Of a stretch of DNA of 64,000 nucleotides, positions 14,681 through 29,818 are shown in pieces. The notes beneath the pieces were generated by a model. That model did not search any database, was not told the origin of the DNA, and was given only the letters and a program-made list of their open reading frames with translations. This DNA comes from the human T2T-CHM13v2.0 reference genome, Homo sapiens. Made by a program: the position numbers and the translations under genes. The stretch's first letter is position 1. Every line of letters begins with the position of its first letter. The DNA is taken from NCBI RefSeq assembly GCF_009914755.1, contig NC_060947.1. One strand, given 5' to 3'.

Positions 14681-15110
14681 CATGGAATACTACCCAGCCA
14701 TGAAAAAGAATGAAATCATGTCCTTTGCAGCAACATGGATGAAACTGGAGGCCATTATCTTAACTCAGAAACAGAAAGCCAAATACTGCATGTTCTTACT
14801 TATAATTGGGAGGTAAATAATGTGACATGGACATAGAGTATGGATAGATCAACATAGAGTGTGGATAGATGGATATAGAGTATGGATAGACATAGAGTAT
14901 GGATAGATGGACACAGAGTATGGATAGATGGACATACAGTATGGATAGAAAGCAGGGAGGGTGAGAGGTAGGTGAGGGGTGAGAAATTACCTAACGGCTA
15001 TAATGTACACTATCCTGGTGATGGTTACACTCAAAGCCCAGACTTCACCAATACACAATACCTTCATGTAACAAAGCTGCAATTGTACCTCCTAAATCTA
15101 TTTTTTTTTT
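14565..15110 (+). mobile_element. L1MA-type 3' end containing (CA)n (14643-14678) and a 21-bp tandem repeat
   Basis: LFTIAKIWNQPKCLS ORF2 remnant and L1MA 3'UTR. Confidence 0.85.
14828..14949. repeat. Minisatellite, ~6 x 21 bp TGGACATAGAGTATGGATAGA
   Basis: Six imperfect units visible, one shortened. Confidence 0.95.
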
Positions 15111-16425
15111 AATGATCAGGTCAGTTTGGGTGGTGAACAGGGATACAGCAGGCCTCAGTGACCAGGCAGAGCCCAGTGAGGTCAGGCATGGACAACGCAC
15201 GCACATTGGGATGGGAAGGCCTGCTGTTAACTGGGAGAGAGAGGAGGAGGAGGTATGGGGATGACTCCCAAGGAAGGGCTTTGCCTACCTTGATGGGTTT
15301 GCTGGGCTGCGCCTCAGAAACTGGAAGTCAGTGCCATTCCCATCAGTGTTCCTACTGCCAGGAAAGTCTTGCAGTGGCTGGCTGGCCTTCCTGTTCGACT
15401 TTCTTTCCTTGCTCATCAAAACACTTTCTCTCCCAGCATCAACTCTACCTGCTCCTTCTGCTTACCACGCATTCCAGTGACTCTGCCCGGTTCCACCGGA
15501 AGCGGAGTTATTTTGGAAGGCTGGATGGTGTACGGTAGGGTGGAGGGAGCCAGAACGGGAAGCCTTGGATGGTGGAAACTCCTCTATCACCAGGGAACTT
15601 GGCTGCAGCCCCAAGCCCTGGCCTCCCACCAGAGCGGGGCCGTCCACTTTCTCCTTCTTTTTTTAGTACTATCCTCTCTGACCCGCCCAGGGCTGGGATG
15701 TTGCAGTGTGTTTTTCCAAGAGACCCGGCAAACAGCAACTTGACAGGTTCAACGGTTCCCATTGACAGCCTGAATGGACTCCTCTGAAAACTACGAAACT
15801 GGACACAAAAACAGCCCATAAAAATCCTGCCTCCCGCAGGCGTCTGGACGCTGCCTTTTCCCAAATGACCCTCCAGCAGCACGGATGCTGCATGGGTGGC
15901 TAAGCAGCATTTTTTGAGTGATTTTCCCAAAACTGGGGTGTTCCAAGTGGTGTGGGAGTATTATTTTTTCCCTTGCAGTAAGAGACTAACTCACCAGATA
16001 ATTTGAGAAAACGGGAGACTACATGAGTCATGTTACTCCCAAAGCTAATCACTTGCCACTGTACCCCAAAGCCTCCATGAACCATGAGGTGCCCCGGGCC
16101 TGCCTGTTATGAGGTCTGGAACTCACTTTAATATACCGCAGGGAAGGCAGTGTGATGTTTGTGTGTGCCGGTGAGTTTAAGCTTGAACTCGATGAGTGCT
16201 CTGCAAACTTTATAGCACAAAGGCCACTCTCTCAAGGCAGCTCCTACACGTCCTTCTGCCATTGTGACCTTGACCTACAATCCACACTTCGCTAATCAGC
16301 ATATCAAATGCCAAAAGCATTTTATTAGTGAAACTGGTAACTTGTTAATTAGAATGATAAATAGAATGCTGAGGAAAAAGTAAACATCAATTCTCTCATC
16401 CAAAATAAAGTAATCACATAATCTA

Positions 16426-16778
<353 letters not shown>

Positions 16779-16868
16779 TTTTTAAAGTGCAGTGTACATA
16801 TAAAATGGAATATTTTAATCATCTCCCAGGTTCTCATTGGAAAGGCAGGGTTAAAAGGAAATGGACCA

Positions 16869-17170
16869 GGCCAGGTGCGGTGGCTCACGCCTGTAATCCC
16901 AACACTTTGGGAGGCTGAGTCAGGCGGATCACCTGAGGTCAGGAGTTTGAGACCAGCCTGGCCAACATGGTGAAACCCTGTCTCTACCAAAAATAAAAAA
17001 ATTAGCCAGGCATGGTAGCATGTGCCTGTAATCCCAGGTACTTGAGAGGCTGAGGCAGGGAGAATTGCTTGAACCCAGGAGGTGGAGGCTGCAGTGAGCC
17101 AAGATTGCGCCACTGTACTCCAGCCTGGGTGACAGAGCGAGACTCTATCTAAAAAAAAAAAAAAAAAAAA
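16869..17170 (+). mobile_element. Alu (AluSx/Sz-like)
   Basis: Dimeric Alu with poly-A. Confidence 0.95.
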
Positions 17171-17935
17171 TCAGTATTGCAGTTAGCAATAGGTTGAAAA
17201 CTACCATTTGATAGAAAAATGATTCTGCCTGGATAAAAATGTAATGTGCTCATGCAAGTAAGAACAAGTGTACAATATCTCAAAAGATCTTTTAAAACTC
17301 CCTTGCCATAAATATTACAAGCTGCTTTTGGTTATCCTATAGTACTAATGCCACATTATTGACAACATTGTCAAAGCCTTTTCACTATTACAGAAAAAAG
17401 GGAGGTGTAGGGAGGTGGTGAGGTATTTTCAGTGAGTCATGATGATAACAGCCAGTGTTTAATTGTAGCCTATCACAAGTCATGGGATAAAGTAGTTGCT
17501 GATATTTACTGCCTCCATACCTGGGATTCTTTACCCATCAAATGGGGATAAACTTCTTATTTATGTCCTAAAATTCTTATGAGTAATGAGTCAGTCAGTA
17601 CAGGGAAAGTGCTTAGCAGACTTTGGCTTAGAGCACATGCTCAAAAATATTAGCTGTGAGTGTTAGTGCCATCGTTAACTGCTTCCGGGCACCAGGCACT
17701 CTGCAAATTGCTCCACATACATCTCTGTGGCTGACACTTCATGTGCTTTTCTAGAAGAGAAGAGGTCTGGCATGGGCCTGCTGCCCTTCCTGCATGTTTT
17801 CCTCCTTGGCCATGCCACTCCACCCAGCCCCTCTCTGCCTCCCCTCCTTATGCTCTTCTTTCCGCTCCCACTTGATCACAGCTGTCCCAGGAATGGAGCT
17901 AATATCACACCTGACCTCTTCGTGTGAAGGTCCTA

Positions 17936-18274
<339 letters not shown>

Positions 18275-19626
18275 TTAAACCAACTCGGAGGACTGAATTA
18301 ATGACTTATCCTTTGTTACAGGAATCCGGGGCCTGGGGGAGAAAGTGTGAATGCTATTTGAGGGACCAAGACCACATTTTGGAGGTTCATTCTCTCGCAG
18401 CTGAGGACCTTATACTGGGTCATCTCCTCCCCACCCCGGCCCCGGTGGCAGGACACCCTCACTGCATCGAGGGTGAGCGTACTCTGCTGTGCTCAGGCAC
18501 CTTCCCATTCAACAAATATTTATTAAGTAAATACCATGTGCTAGGCACTACGGGAGGTGCTAGGAGTGCAGTGGTGAACAAGACACACACAACTGTGCCC
18601 TTTTGGGTTGTACGTGCCAGTGCGGCATTCAAACAAATAAAAACGCAAATGGATCAATCTGTGAAACACTGACAGTTTTAAAGAGAGCTATAAAGCAAAC
18701 ACATAAGAAGATGAATTATATCAATGATGCAAAAAGCAACTTGCTCAATATTACAAAGAAAGTTAGCAATTCAAAGGAATGTCACACATGATAATTTCTA
18801 TTAAGATGCTCATTTTGGCAGGCGCCAGGCCAATGCTTTGCCACCGTGCCAGAAAGCTAACTGCAAGTGAGGGAACATGCCTTTTCACTCAATTTCTCTT
18901 CTATGTTTTTTTTTTCCTTTACTTCTAGAGATGGGACTAGGCTAGACCAGTGTGTTTATATTTCCTCCTAGGCCAGCTTCAGATGAAAATGTGTAGGAAA
19001 AATCTCCTTTTAAAGGAATCAAAATAATACTTAGAGAACATAGTAAACTGTCATTTGCTTGTAAGCTGTTTAGCTAAAGTTATATGGTTAGATTAGAAAA
19101 TGTACTCCCTCTAGAGGTGGGGTAAAATTGCTGTATTCTTGATACACAGCAAAATGCCAACTGGAGGGGGGACCATGGGTGGGCTGAATTTTTTACTGGG
19201 TTTTTCTGTAATTTCTGAAAATGTAATGATAAAGATACATTTTTTTAAAACATAAAAATAAATATTCTCACAGGCATAGCAGATTTTGTAGGATTTTTTT
19301 TTTATCCAAGTAACAGCAAAACAGAACCACATCAGTAGTAGCTCAGTAAAACCTGTATGTTAGTAATAACTATAAAGCAAACACATAAAGCAGAGAAGTG
19401 GATATGAAGTGTGTTGGAGGTGGGGGAGGTAGCAATTTTAGAGAGGTGTCCTGTGACACCATCATGAGAAGATGACATCTGAGCAAAGCTGCTAAGGGAG
19501 GTCAGGGAGTGAGCCAGAAGGCACTGCCACACAGAAGATGAATCCTCAATCACCTATTAACCCAGATAAGCAAAATTGCTCCAGACAGAAATCAGTTCAG
19601 ACTTAATGGGACAAAGCAATGGGTCA

Positions 19627-19991
<365 letters not shown>

Positions 19992-20492
19992 CTAGCAAAT
20001 GCTTCCTACAGCATGGATTGAACTGCTTTATTTGTATTAACTTGCTTTATTTGTATTAACTCACTTAATCTCTGCAACGACCCTGGTTAGGGCATGCACA
20101 TAATTTAATGTCCAAATGGGGGTATGTGAGAGTAAAATGGGGCACTATTGATTAATGTGGAAAAAACAGGCATAAATCAGAGCTGCCTTGGCAAAACCAA
20201 GATACAGCACCACCTGACCTAGAAGGCATACAATTATGACTGCTTTACAGACAAGGAAACTGAGGCAGGGCACAGAGAGGTTAAATAACTTGCCTGATGT
20301 CACAAAGGTAAGTGGCAGAACAAGCATTTGAACTTGGGCTGCTGAGCTTCTGAGCCCACATTCGTGACACCTACACGTGATTGCCTATCTGTGTTTCATG
20401 TGCTTAGAAGCTCGTCACGCTAAAAACCTGGGTTGTATTTGTCACTGGAAAGTAGAAAACGCACCAGCTTTTAGAGTTGAACACCAGCATTA

Positions 20493-20790
20493 GGCCAGGC
20501 ACAGTGGCTGATGCCTGTAATCCCAACATTTTGGGAGCCTGAGCTGAAAGGATCCCTTGAACCCAGGGATTTGAGACCAGCCTGGGCAACATAGAGAAAC
20601 CCCATCTCTACAAAAAATTCAAAAATTAGCTGGGCATGGTTGTGTATGCCTGTGGTTCCAGCTACTTGGGAGGCTGAGGTGGGAGGATCACTTGAGCCCA
20701 GGAGGTTGAGGCTGCAGTGAGCCATGATCATGCCACTGCATCCAGCCTGGACAACAGAGCAAGACCCTGTCTCAAAAAAACACCAAAAAA
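20493..20790 (+). mobile_element. Alu (AluJ-like)
   Basis: Dimeric Alu. Confidence 0.95.
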
Positions 20791-21017
20791 CACGACCACT
20801 TTACAAGGTCAGCAACCCTGGACAACCATAATAACCCCTTCAAGCCTCAGTTGAGTCACCTGTAAAACAAAGCTACTGAGACCTACCTCATAACAAACAC
20901 TACTTCAACACTCAGATGACATCGTGTTCCTGACAACGCTTTAGAAGCTGAAAAGCACAACATGGGTAGAATCCTCAAAAGTTATCATAGGTAAAAATCT
21001 GCATTTCCTCTGCAAAG

Positions 21018-21232
21018 GGTCAAATAGTAAATATTTTCTGTAAAAGGCCAAATATGAACTATTTTAGGCTTTGCAGCCAAAATGGTCTCCATTGCAATGA
21101 CTGAACTCTGCTGTTGCAATGCAAAAGCAGCCATGGAAAACATGTAAGTGAATGAGCGTGACTCTGTTCCAATAAACCTTCATTTACAGAAACAGATGGA
21201 GGGCCTTGGGCCATGGTTTGCCAACCCCTGGC
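21018..21232 (+). mobile_element. MER58A (hAT-Charlie)
   Basis: TATTTTAGGCTTTGCAG...TGTTCCAATAAACCTTCATTTACA...TTTGCCAACCCCTG. Confidence 0.8.
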
Positions 21233-21838
21233 CTAGAAAAATGCTATATAAAATTGCAACCCCTCACGGCTTCCTGTGCCTCTTTCCCAAGATTCATTTT
21301 CCTCCACAGACACCACCTAACACCATCTAACTGACCGTGTATTTTACTCAAATACCGTCTGCTTCACTCACTGGAAGATAAGCTTCTTTGCCGAAGGCAG
21401 AAGTTTTGTCTGCTTGGTTTACTGTTGAGTCCCCAGTGCCTGCAAAAGTGCCTGGCACATACTAGGGATGTTATAAACATATGTGAAAAGAATGCATGGC
21501 TGAATGAATGGAGAGGTTTTGAAAGAGTTGGACATACTATTGGGAAAGGAAGGCAAATCTATGCCAAGTAAAAAAGGAAACAGAAAGATAACGACATCTG
21601 AAAACGGGAAGAAAAGCGATGGCAAATGAAAGCAAACTCAGCTTTGCGATTCCTCGCGGGCAAAGGGTAAAAGGATTATTTGCAAAACCAATTTTGTGAG
21701 TTGTGAACATATGGAAGAACTAGAGCTTTATAAAACAATTTCCAAAGTTAAGTGGTTAAAATCTAAAGGAATTATTGGTTGGATTAAGATTTAGTTATGA
21801 GAATAGCTTGAGGTGTGTTTCAAATCAACTAATCATGA

Positions 21839-21841
<3 letters not shown>

Positions 21842-21884
<43 letters not shown>
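21842..21884. repeat. (TG)n microsatellite, ~21 units
   Basis: Directly visible. Confidence 0.99.
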
Positions 21885-21887
<3 letters not shown>

Positions 21888-22151
21888 TCCTGCTCTTCCC
21901 CCACCCTGGCAACTGTGAGTTCAGTTGTTCTCTGGGAGTGGTTTGTGGATAAAGCAAAGGAAGAAAAATGAGCTAGAGCTACATGTAGCCAAGAGAATCA
22001 ATCTCACAAAAATAGTATTAAATGAGATGAAAGTTGCAAAATGTGAAAGTAAAAAACACACCAATCTTATAAAGCTTAAAAGGCATGCGAGTAGCATTCT
22101 CTCTTGCTTAAGGACATATTCCTATGTAGGAAAATATAAAGAAATGTATTA

Positions 22152-22532
<381 letters not shown>

Positions 22533-22829
22533 TTAAGCACCTCCAGCTGTTACCCCATTAATGGTACAGGTTCAAAGGGGATGGAATTCCACATGCAGCA
22601 CATACTGAACCAGCAGTGACCCACCCTCAACAGGTCCCCAAGAGCAAAGGCCATACAGGAGTCAGACCCACGTGCCTGATTTCCTGACCCAGTGTTCTGA
22701 TTGCCTGAGCTAATTATCCACAAGCAGCTGTTCCCAGCAATAACAAGCCATAAGAAGTGGCTCGCTTTACTTCAGGTACCATTTGGATGTTAGTAGGGGA
22801 GGAAGATGAAGTATTGCGGTGAAAATATT

Positions 22830-22954
22830 GCCGGGTGTGGTGGCTCACACCTGTAATCCCAGCACTTTGGGAGGCCAAGGCAGGCAGATCACTTGAGCCC
22901 AGGAGTTCAAGACCAAAGTGCTGGGATTACAGGTGTGAGCCACCACGCCCGGCC
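22830..22954. mobile_element. Fold-back Alu chimera: plus-strand 5' ~85 nt fused to a minus-strand 5' ~41 nt
   Basis: Arms 22830-22870 and 22913-22953 are reverse complements with one mismatch. Confidence 0.95.
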
Positions 22955-23395
22955 TGGACTCCCTCTTTAAAAGGCAATGTCTTTCACATCACTCATAGAT
23001 GCAAAAAAGCAAGATGAAGGACTCATTTCTCTTATTTTAAGGGGTATTTTGCAGGAACTGATATGAACATAACTCTGAGGACTAGGACAGGCCTTGGCAA
23101 AGTTAACAAGCCCACCTCACTTGAAGAAAATCAATTTCCTCTTTAGTACTCTTTGTGTCTTCTAGGTGGGGGCCATTCCCAACTTGTAGGTGCCCAGTGA
23201 CCTCATACTTTTTCACTGGCTCTCAGGAGAAGGCCTCGCATGGAGGCCCATCGACCAGGTTCTGTGCTCATTTAAATTATAACACTTTAAACCAAGGAAA
23301 TGAATCTCTAATTGTGGAATTTCAGATTTCAGCCAGATCAACAGATGAGATACTGGTGGGGGTGGGGAGATGGGGGTGGAGTCATGCACAGTTAT

Positions 23396-23692
23396 TGCTG
23401 TGGACTTGTGTGTCCCTCCTGCCAAATTCATATTTTGAAGCCCTAACCCCCAGGGTAACCTGTCTCTCCCTCTCCCTCTCCCTCCCCGCTTCCCCCACCT
23501 CTCTCTGCCAACTGAGGACACAGTGAGAAGGCAGCTGTCTATAAACCCAGAAGAGGGAACTCACCAGAACCTGACCATGCCAGCATCTTGATCTTGGACT
23601 TCTCGGCCTCCAGAATTAAGAGAAATAAATTTCTGTTGTTTAGACCACTCAATCTATGGTATTTTGTTCTGGCAGCCCAAGTTGACTAAGAA
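23396..23692 (+). mobile_element. MLT1A/B-type MaLR LTR
   Basis: CCAAATTCATATTTTGAAGCCCTAACCCCCA...CCTCCAGAA..GAGAAATAAATTTCTGTTGTTTA. Confidence 0.8.
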
Positions 23693-23705
23693 AGTTACAG
23701 GGTAG

Positions 23706-24337
23706 TGTCAGAGGCATTTGAGCCAGAGTGACTCCATCTTGAATAGGGACTGGGTAAAATAAGGCTGAGACCTGTTGGGCTGCATTCACAGGAGGTTAGG
23801 CATTCTTAGTCACAGGATGAGACAGGAGGTCGGCACAAGATACAGGTCACAAAGACCCTGCTGATAAAACAGGATGCGGTAAAGAGGCCAGCCAAAATGC
23901 ACCAAAAACCAAGATGACGACAAAAATGACCTCTGGTTGTCCTCACTGCTCATTATACGCTAATTATAATGCATTAGCATGCTAAAAACACTCCCACCAG
24001 CGCCATGACGGTTTACAAATGCCATGGCAACATCAGGAAGTTACCCTTTACAGTGTAAAAAGGGGAGGAACTCTCAGTTCCGGGAATTCCCTGCCCCATC
24101 CCAGAAAACTCACGAATAATCCACCTCTTGTTTAGCATATAATCAAGAAATAACTCTAAGTATTCTCAGTCGAGCAGCCCATGCCACTGCTCTGCCTACG
24201 GAGCAAACATTCTTTATTCCTTTACTTTCTTAATAAACTTGATTTCACTTTACTCTATGGACTTGCTCCTAATTCTTTCTTGTATGAGGTCCAAGAACCC
24301 TCTTTTGGGGTCTGGATCGGGACCTCTTTTAGTAACA
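23706..24337 (+). mobile_element. MER41B (ERV1) solo LTR, 632 bp
   Basis: TG...CA termini, 4-bp TSD GTAG (23702-23705 and 24338-24341); starts TGTCAGAGGCATTTGAGCCAGAG and has the CATTATACGCTAATTATAATGCATTAGCATGC segment and GAS region that I recall from MER41B. Confidence 0.9.
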
Positions 24338-25371
24338 GTAGCAGTCACCTAGCCATCCACCCTTATTGTTTTAATAGATGTTTTAACATTAAAGCTAGCC
24401 CTGTTGATACCACGTGTACTCTCAAAATACCAAATCCAAAGGACTAAGTGTCTAATTAGGACCCCCAAGATGCCCAAACAGAGAAACAGGAGTCTGGCCT
24501 GGGGGCAGCACAGCCTGGCAGAGGTATGCAAAACTGTGAGACATCCAGGACAGTGTGCCCAGTGAGGCCACCCTCCCAAACATCTCTGCCTGCTGTGGGT
24601 TCCAAAGATGAGACAAACCATAGAATGGGGAATTTCAAATACAAGGTCTTGAGGGGAAAAGGCTGGGTCCTATCACACGTCTGAACATATAGAGGGGCCC
24701 AGGCAGCCCTAAAATCCCCTAAAATGCACTAAGAGGCATAGATTGTGCCAAGGTTCAGATCCACTTCAGTCTGGGGAAGAAGGCAGGAGGAGGAGAAAGC
24801 TGAGGACATGGCTAAGAGGAGCAGTGACCATCGATGCAAAGCTTCGGAAACGGATGTAGGTAGGCCCTTGAAACTGAGTGTCAGGGGCTCTGTTCTGTAA
24901 AGGTCTGAGAAGGACTCCTCATCCCAAGAGGCTATGCAGAGAGCCCACCACAGAGAAACTCAGTGAGGGAGGCCTGTGGAAGGGAGTTGGCTGCAGCCAG
25001 GATGTGGTTTGTAGGAGCCCCCGGGATGTGATCAAGCTTCTGAGGCAGAACTCAGAGATACACCCTCTGGGTACAGGTCAAAAAGACCTGAACTAGCTTG
25101 ACTGGGGTGTCCAGAAAATCAACTCTGTTGACCAGATCCCAAAACAGCCCGGGAACAGAGAAGCATTCTCTCCATTATCAGGCTTATTTCCAGCCATCTG
25201 ACTGTTTGGTGTCACGCAGACAAAATATCTAGATACTGGTGAGATGCCCCTCAGAAGAAACCCCATGGGGCTCCCCCTTTTTTTATAATAGGATTTTATT
25301 AAAATTAACAAAAGGAATTCCTGACTGTTGACCAGTTTTGCCTTAGTTGGGTTCCTTCAGAAGGTAACTCT

Positions 25372-27115
<1,744 letters not shown>

Positions 27116-27361
27116 AGTTGCTCTGGAATGAATGAGGAAGTGTGCGATAGTGAAGCCAGGAGAAAAAAGAGTGGCTTAATGCCTGCCCCACCCCACTCCT
27201 TTCTCCATGTCAGTATCTGGGATAGTGTGTGTTTGTGTGTGTGTGTGTGTGTGTTTCGGTTTGGCGTGTGTTTGAGGTTAGTGGTTTTTCTTCAGGTGTT
27301 ATGAGATATTTGAGGAGAGTCCAGGTGAGGGAGATTTGAAAGAAGTTGCTATTCCAGGTTA

Positions 27362-27706
<345 letters not shown>

Positions 27707-27849
27707 CTACACACAACCTGGTTCTGCCGGCAGTGCTGAGAGGACAAGCCCAGAGGGGTACTTGGGAGAGCTGTTTATCATCCATCAGTGGGCAACGGGC
27801 AAATGCTCCATATAATCCCCAGGAACATGGAGGCAGCTATGTTCTAAAG

Positions 27850-28015
27850 CTTCGCTACTCAAAGTGCAGCTCCCCCGCCCCAACAGCAGCATCACCTCAC
27901 CTAGGAGCTGCAATGCAGAAATCTCTGGCCAGTCCCAAACCTGCTGAATCCGCATATGCATTTTAACAAGATCCCCAGGCAATCGTTTTGCATGTTGGCA
28001 TTTGAAAGGCACTGC
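27850..28015. mobile_element. MER5A (hAT)
   Basis: CTACTCAAAGTG...AATGCAGA...GCATTTTAACAAGATCCCCAGG. Confidence 0.75.
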
Positions 28016-28558
28016 TGTGCATGACACTATCTGCTAATCGTTTTCCCTGCCTAAAAATTTGTCTCCCACCAAAATCAAATGGAATGTATTTGCTTCATTT
28101 CAGACAATATTTGCTCTATCCAGTTGGTCAAATGACCAGATTAGCTGAGAGGAGACAGAGAAAAATACTACTGTCAACCAATACACCACAAAATAAAGCA
28201 TAATTTAGTTTTTTAACCCTCCTTCTTTCTTCCTTTCTTTGTCCTTTTTACTTTTCCTTGGCAAGACTAGGAATCAGTGCTGAATAAGCCTGTACCATTC
28301 TAAAGCTATTCGGGTGGTAAACCTTTACCTCTATATCTGCAAAACACATTCAGCAGTTCCAGGAGTTTTGTTTTTTGTTTTTTTTTTTTTTTTCATTTCA
28401 AAAGAAATACAGCTGGGGGTGGGGATGGTGGGGGCAGGCAGGAAAAGAAAAAGCAAGCTAAAATTCTTAAGATATTTTAAAATGATGATATGATATAGGT
28501 AGTTGGTAAAGGAAAAAATCAGCATAGAAACCAATTATTAGAAAAAAATTAAAGTATA

Positions 28559-28872
28559 GGCTGGGCGCGGTGGCTCACGTCTGTAATCCCAGCACTTTGG
28601 GAGGCTGAGGCGGGCGGATCACAAAGTCAGGAGATCGAGACCATCCTGGCTAACACGGTGAAACCCAGTCTCTACTAAAAATACAAAAAATTAGCCAGGT
28701 GTGGTGGCACGCACCTGTAGTCCCAGCTACTCAGGAGGCTGAGGTAGGAGAATCGCTCCGGGAGGTGACACAAGGTTGCAGTGAGCCGAGATCGCGCCAC
28801 TGCACTCCAGCACTCCAGCCTGGGTGACAGTGAGACTCCGTCTCAAAAAAAAAAAAAAAAAGAAAAAAGAAA
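28559..28872 (+). mobile_element. Alu (AluY/AluSc-like)
   Basis: GGAGATCGAGACCATCCTGGCTAACACGGTG diagnostic; TSD AAAATTAAAGT(A/G)TA. Confidence 0.95.
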
Positions 28873-28925
28873 ATTAAAGTGTAAAAACAACTAATGCTAG
28901 AACTTAATAAAAAAAGTTACAGAAA

Positions 28926-29006
28926 GCCAGGTGCGGTGGCTCATGCCTGTAATCCCAGCAGTTTAGGAAGCTGAGGCGGGCAGGTTGCTTGAGGAGTTCA
29001 AGAAAA
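28926..29006 (+). mobile_element. Alu remnant (5' ~77 nt joined to an A-tail)
   Basis: TSD AAAAAAAGTTACAGAAA at 28909 and 29007. Confidence 0.9.
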
Positions 29007-29149
29007 AAAAAAAGTTACAGAAAGAAAGTCTCATCATTGTCTATGGATACAGATGTGTGAGTTATGTCCAAAGGTGGCTACTAATCCTAATTGCATTCAG
29101 AGGAGAAAATAATTGACAGTAACCATAAAAACTATTAATAATCTATTTA

Positions 29150-29650
29150 AAGCATTCTTTTAGGTATTTACCTGGTAGTAATGCACATATATGTTCACTA
29201 CAAGATAGGCAAGAGAATCACCCACAGCACCACTCATAAAAGCCAAAACTGCTGGAAACCAAACAAAGGCCATCAGCAGTAGAAAGGATAAACCATGGTA
29301 ATCATGCAACGGAATATTATTCGGCAGTGACAATCACCCAACTATAACCACATGCAACGATATGGAGGAAATTCACAAACAATACTGAGCAGAAGTCAGG
29401 TAGCCTGTCTGGTACCACATATAGGAAATTTAAGAACAGGCACAATATGTGGCATTTGAGGGAGAACAGTAGTCACCCTTGGGGGGCAGTGAGTGAAAGG
29501 AGGCAAGAGGAGGGCTTCTAAAGGCTGCTTGTGTGGGATTCTTGATCTGGGGGCTGGTGACAGGGATATGCACAGTTTGTGAAAATTCATTGAGCTGTAC
29601 ATTTGTAATGTGTATAATTTGTACTTCAATAAAAGTTTAATTTAAAAAAT
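29150..29650 (+). mobile_element. Old L1M 3' end fragment
   Basis: GTTTGTGAAAATTCATTGAGCTGTACATTT...TACTTCAATAAAAGTT terminus. Confidence 0.75.
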
Positions 29651-29702
29651 ATATGTAGACACATTGGATCCACTTTTATGGATAAGTCAAAGAGAGTAAC
29701 AC

Positions 29703-29818
29703 TCAGGCTGAGGCAGAAGGATCACTTGAGCCCAGGAGTTCAAGACCAGCCTGGGCAATATAGGGAGACCCCATCTCAAAAAAGAAGAAGAAGAAGAAAG
29801 AAGAAGGAAGAAGAAGAA
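29703..29818 (+). mobile_element. FLAM/AluJ partial monomer with (GAA)n tail
   Basis: CAGGCTGAGGCAGAAGGATCACTTGAGCCCAGGAGTTCAAGACCAGCCTGGGCAA. Confidence 0.9.

Noticed and set aside
14828-14949. Regular direct repeats considered as a CRISPR-like array
   Set aside because: No unique spacers, eukaryotic context; a plain minisatellite. I recognised no CRISPR, tRNA, rRNA or snoRNA gene in the window
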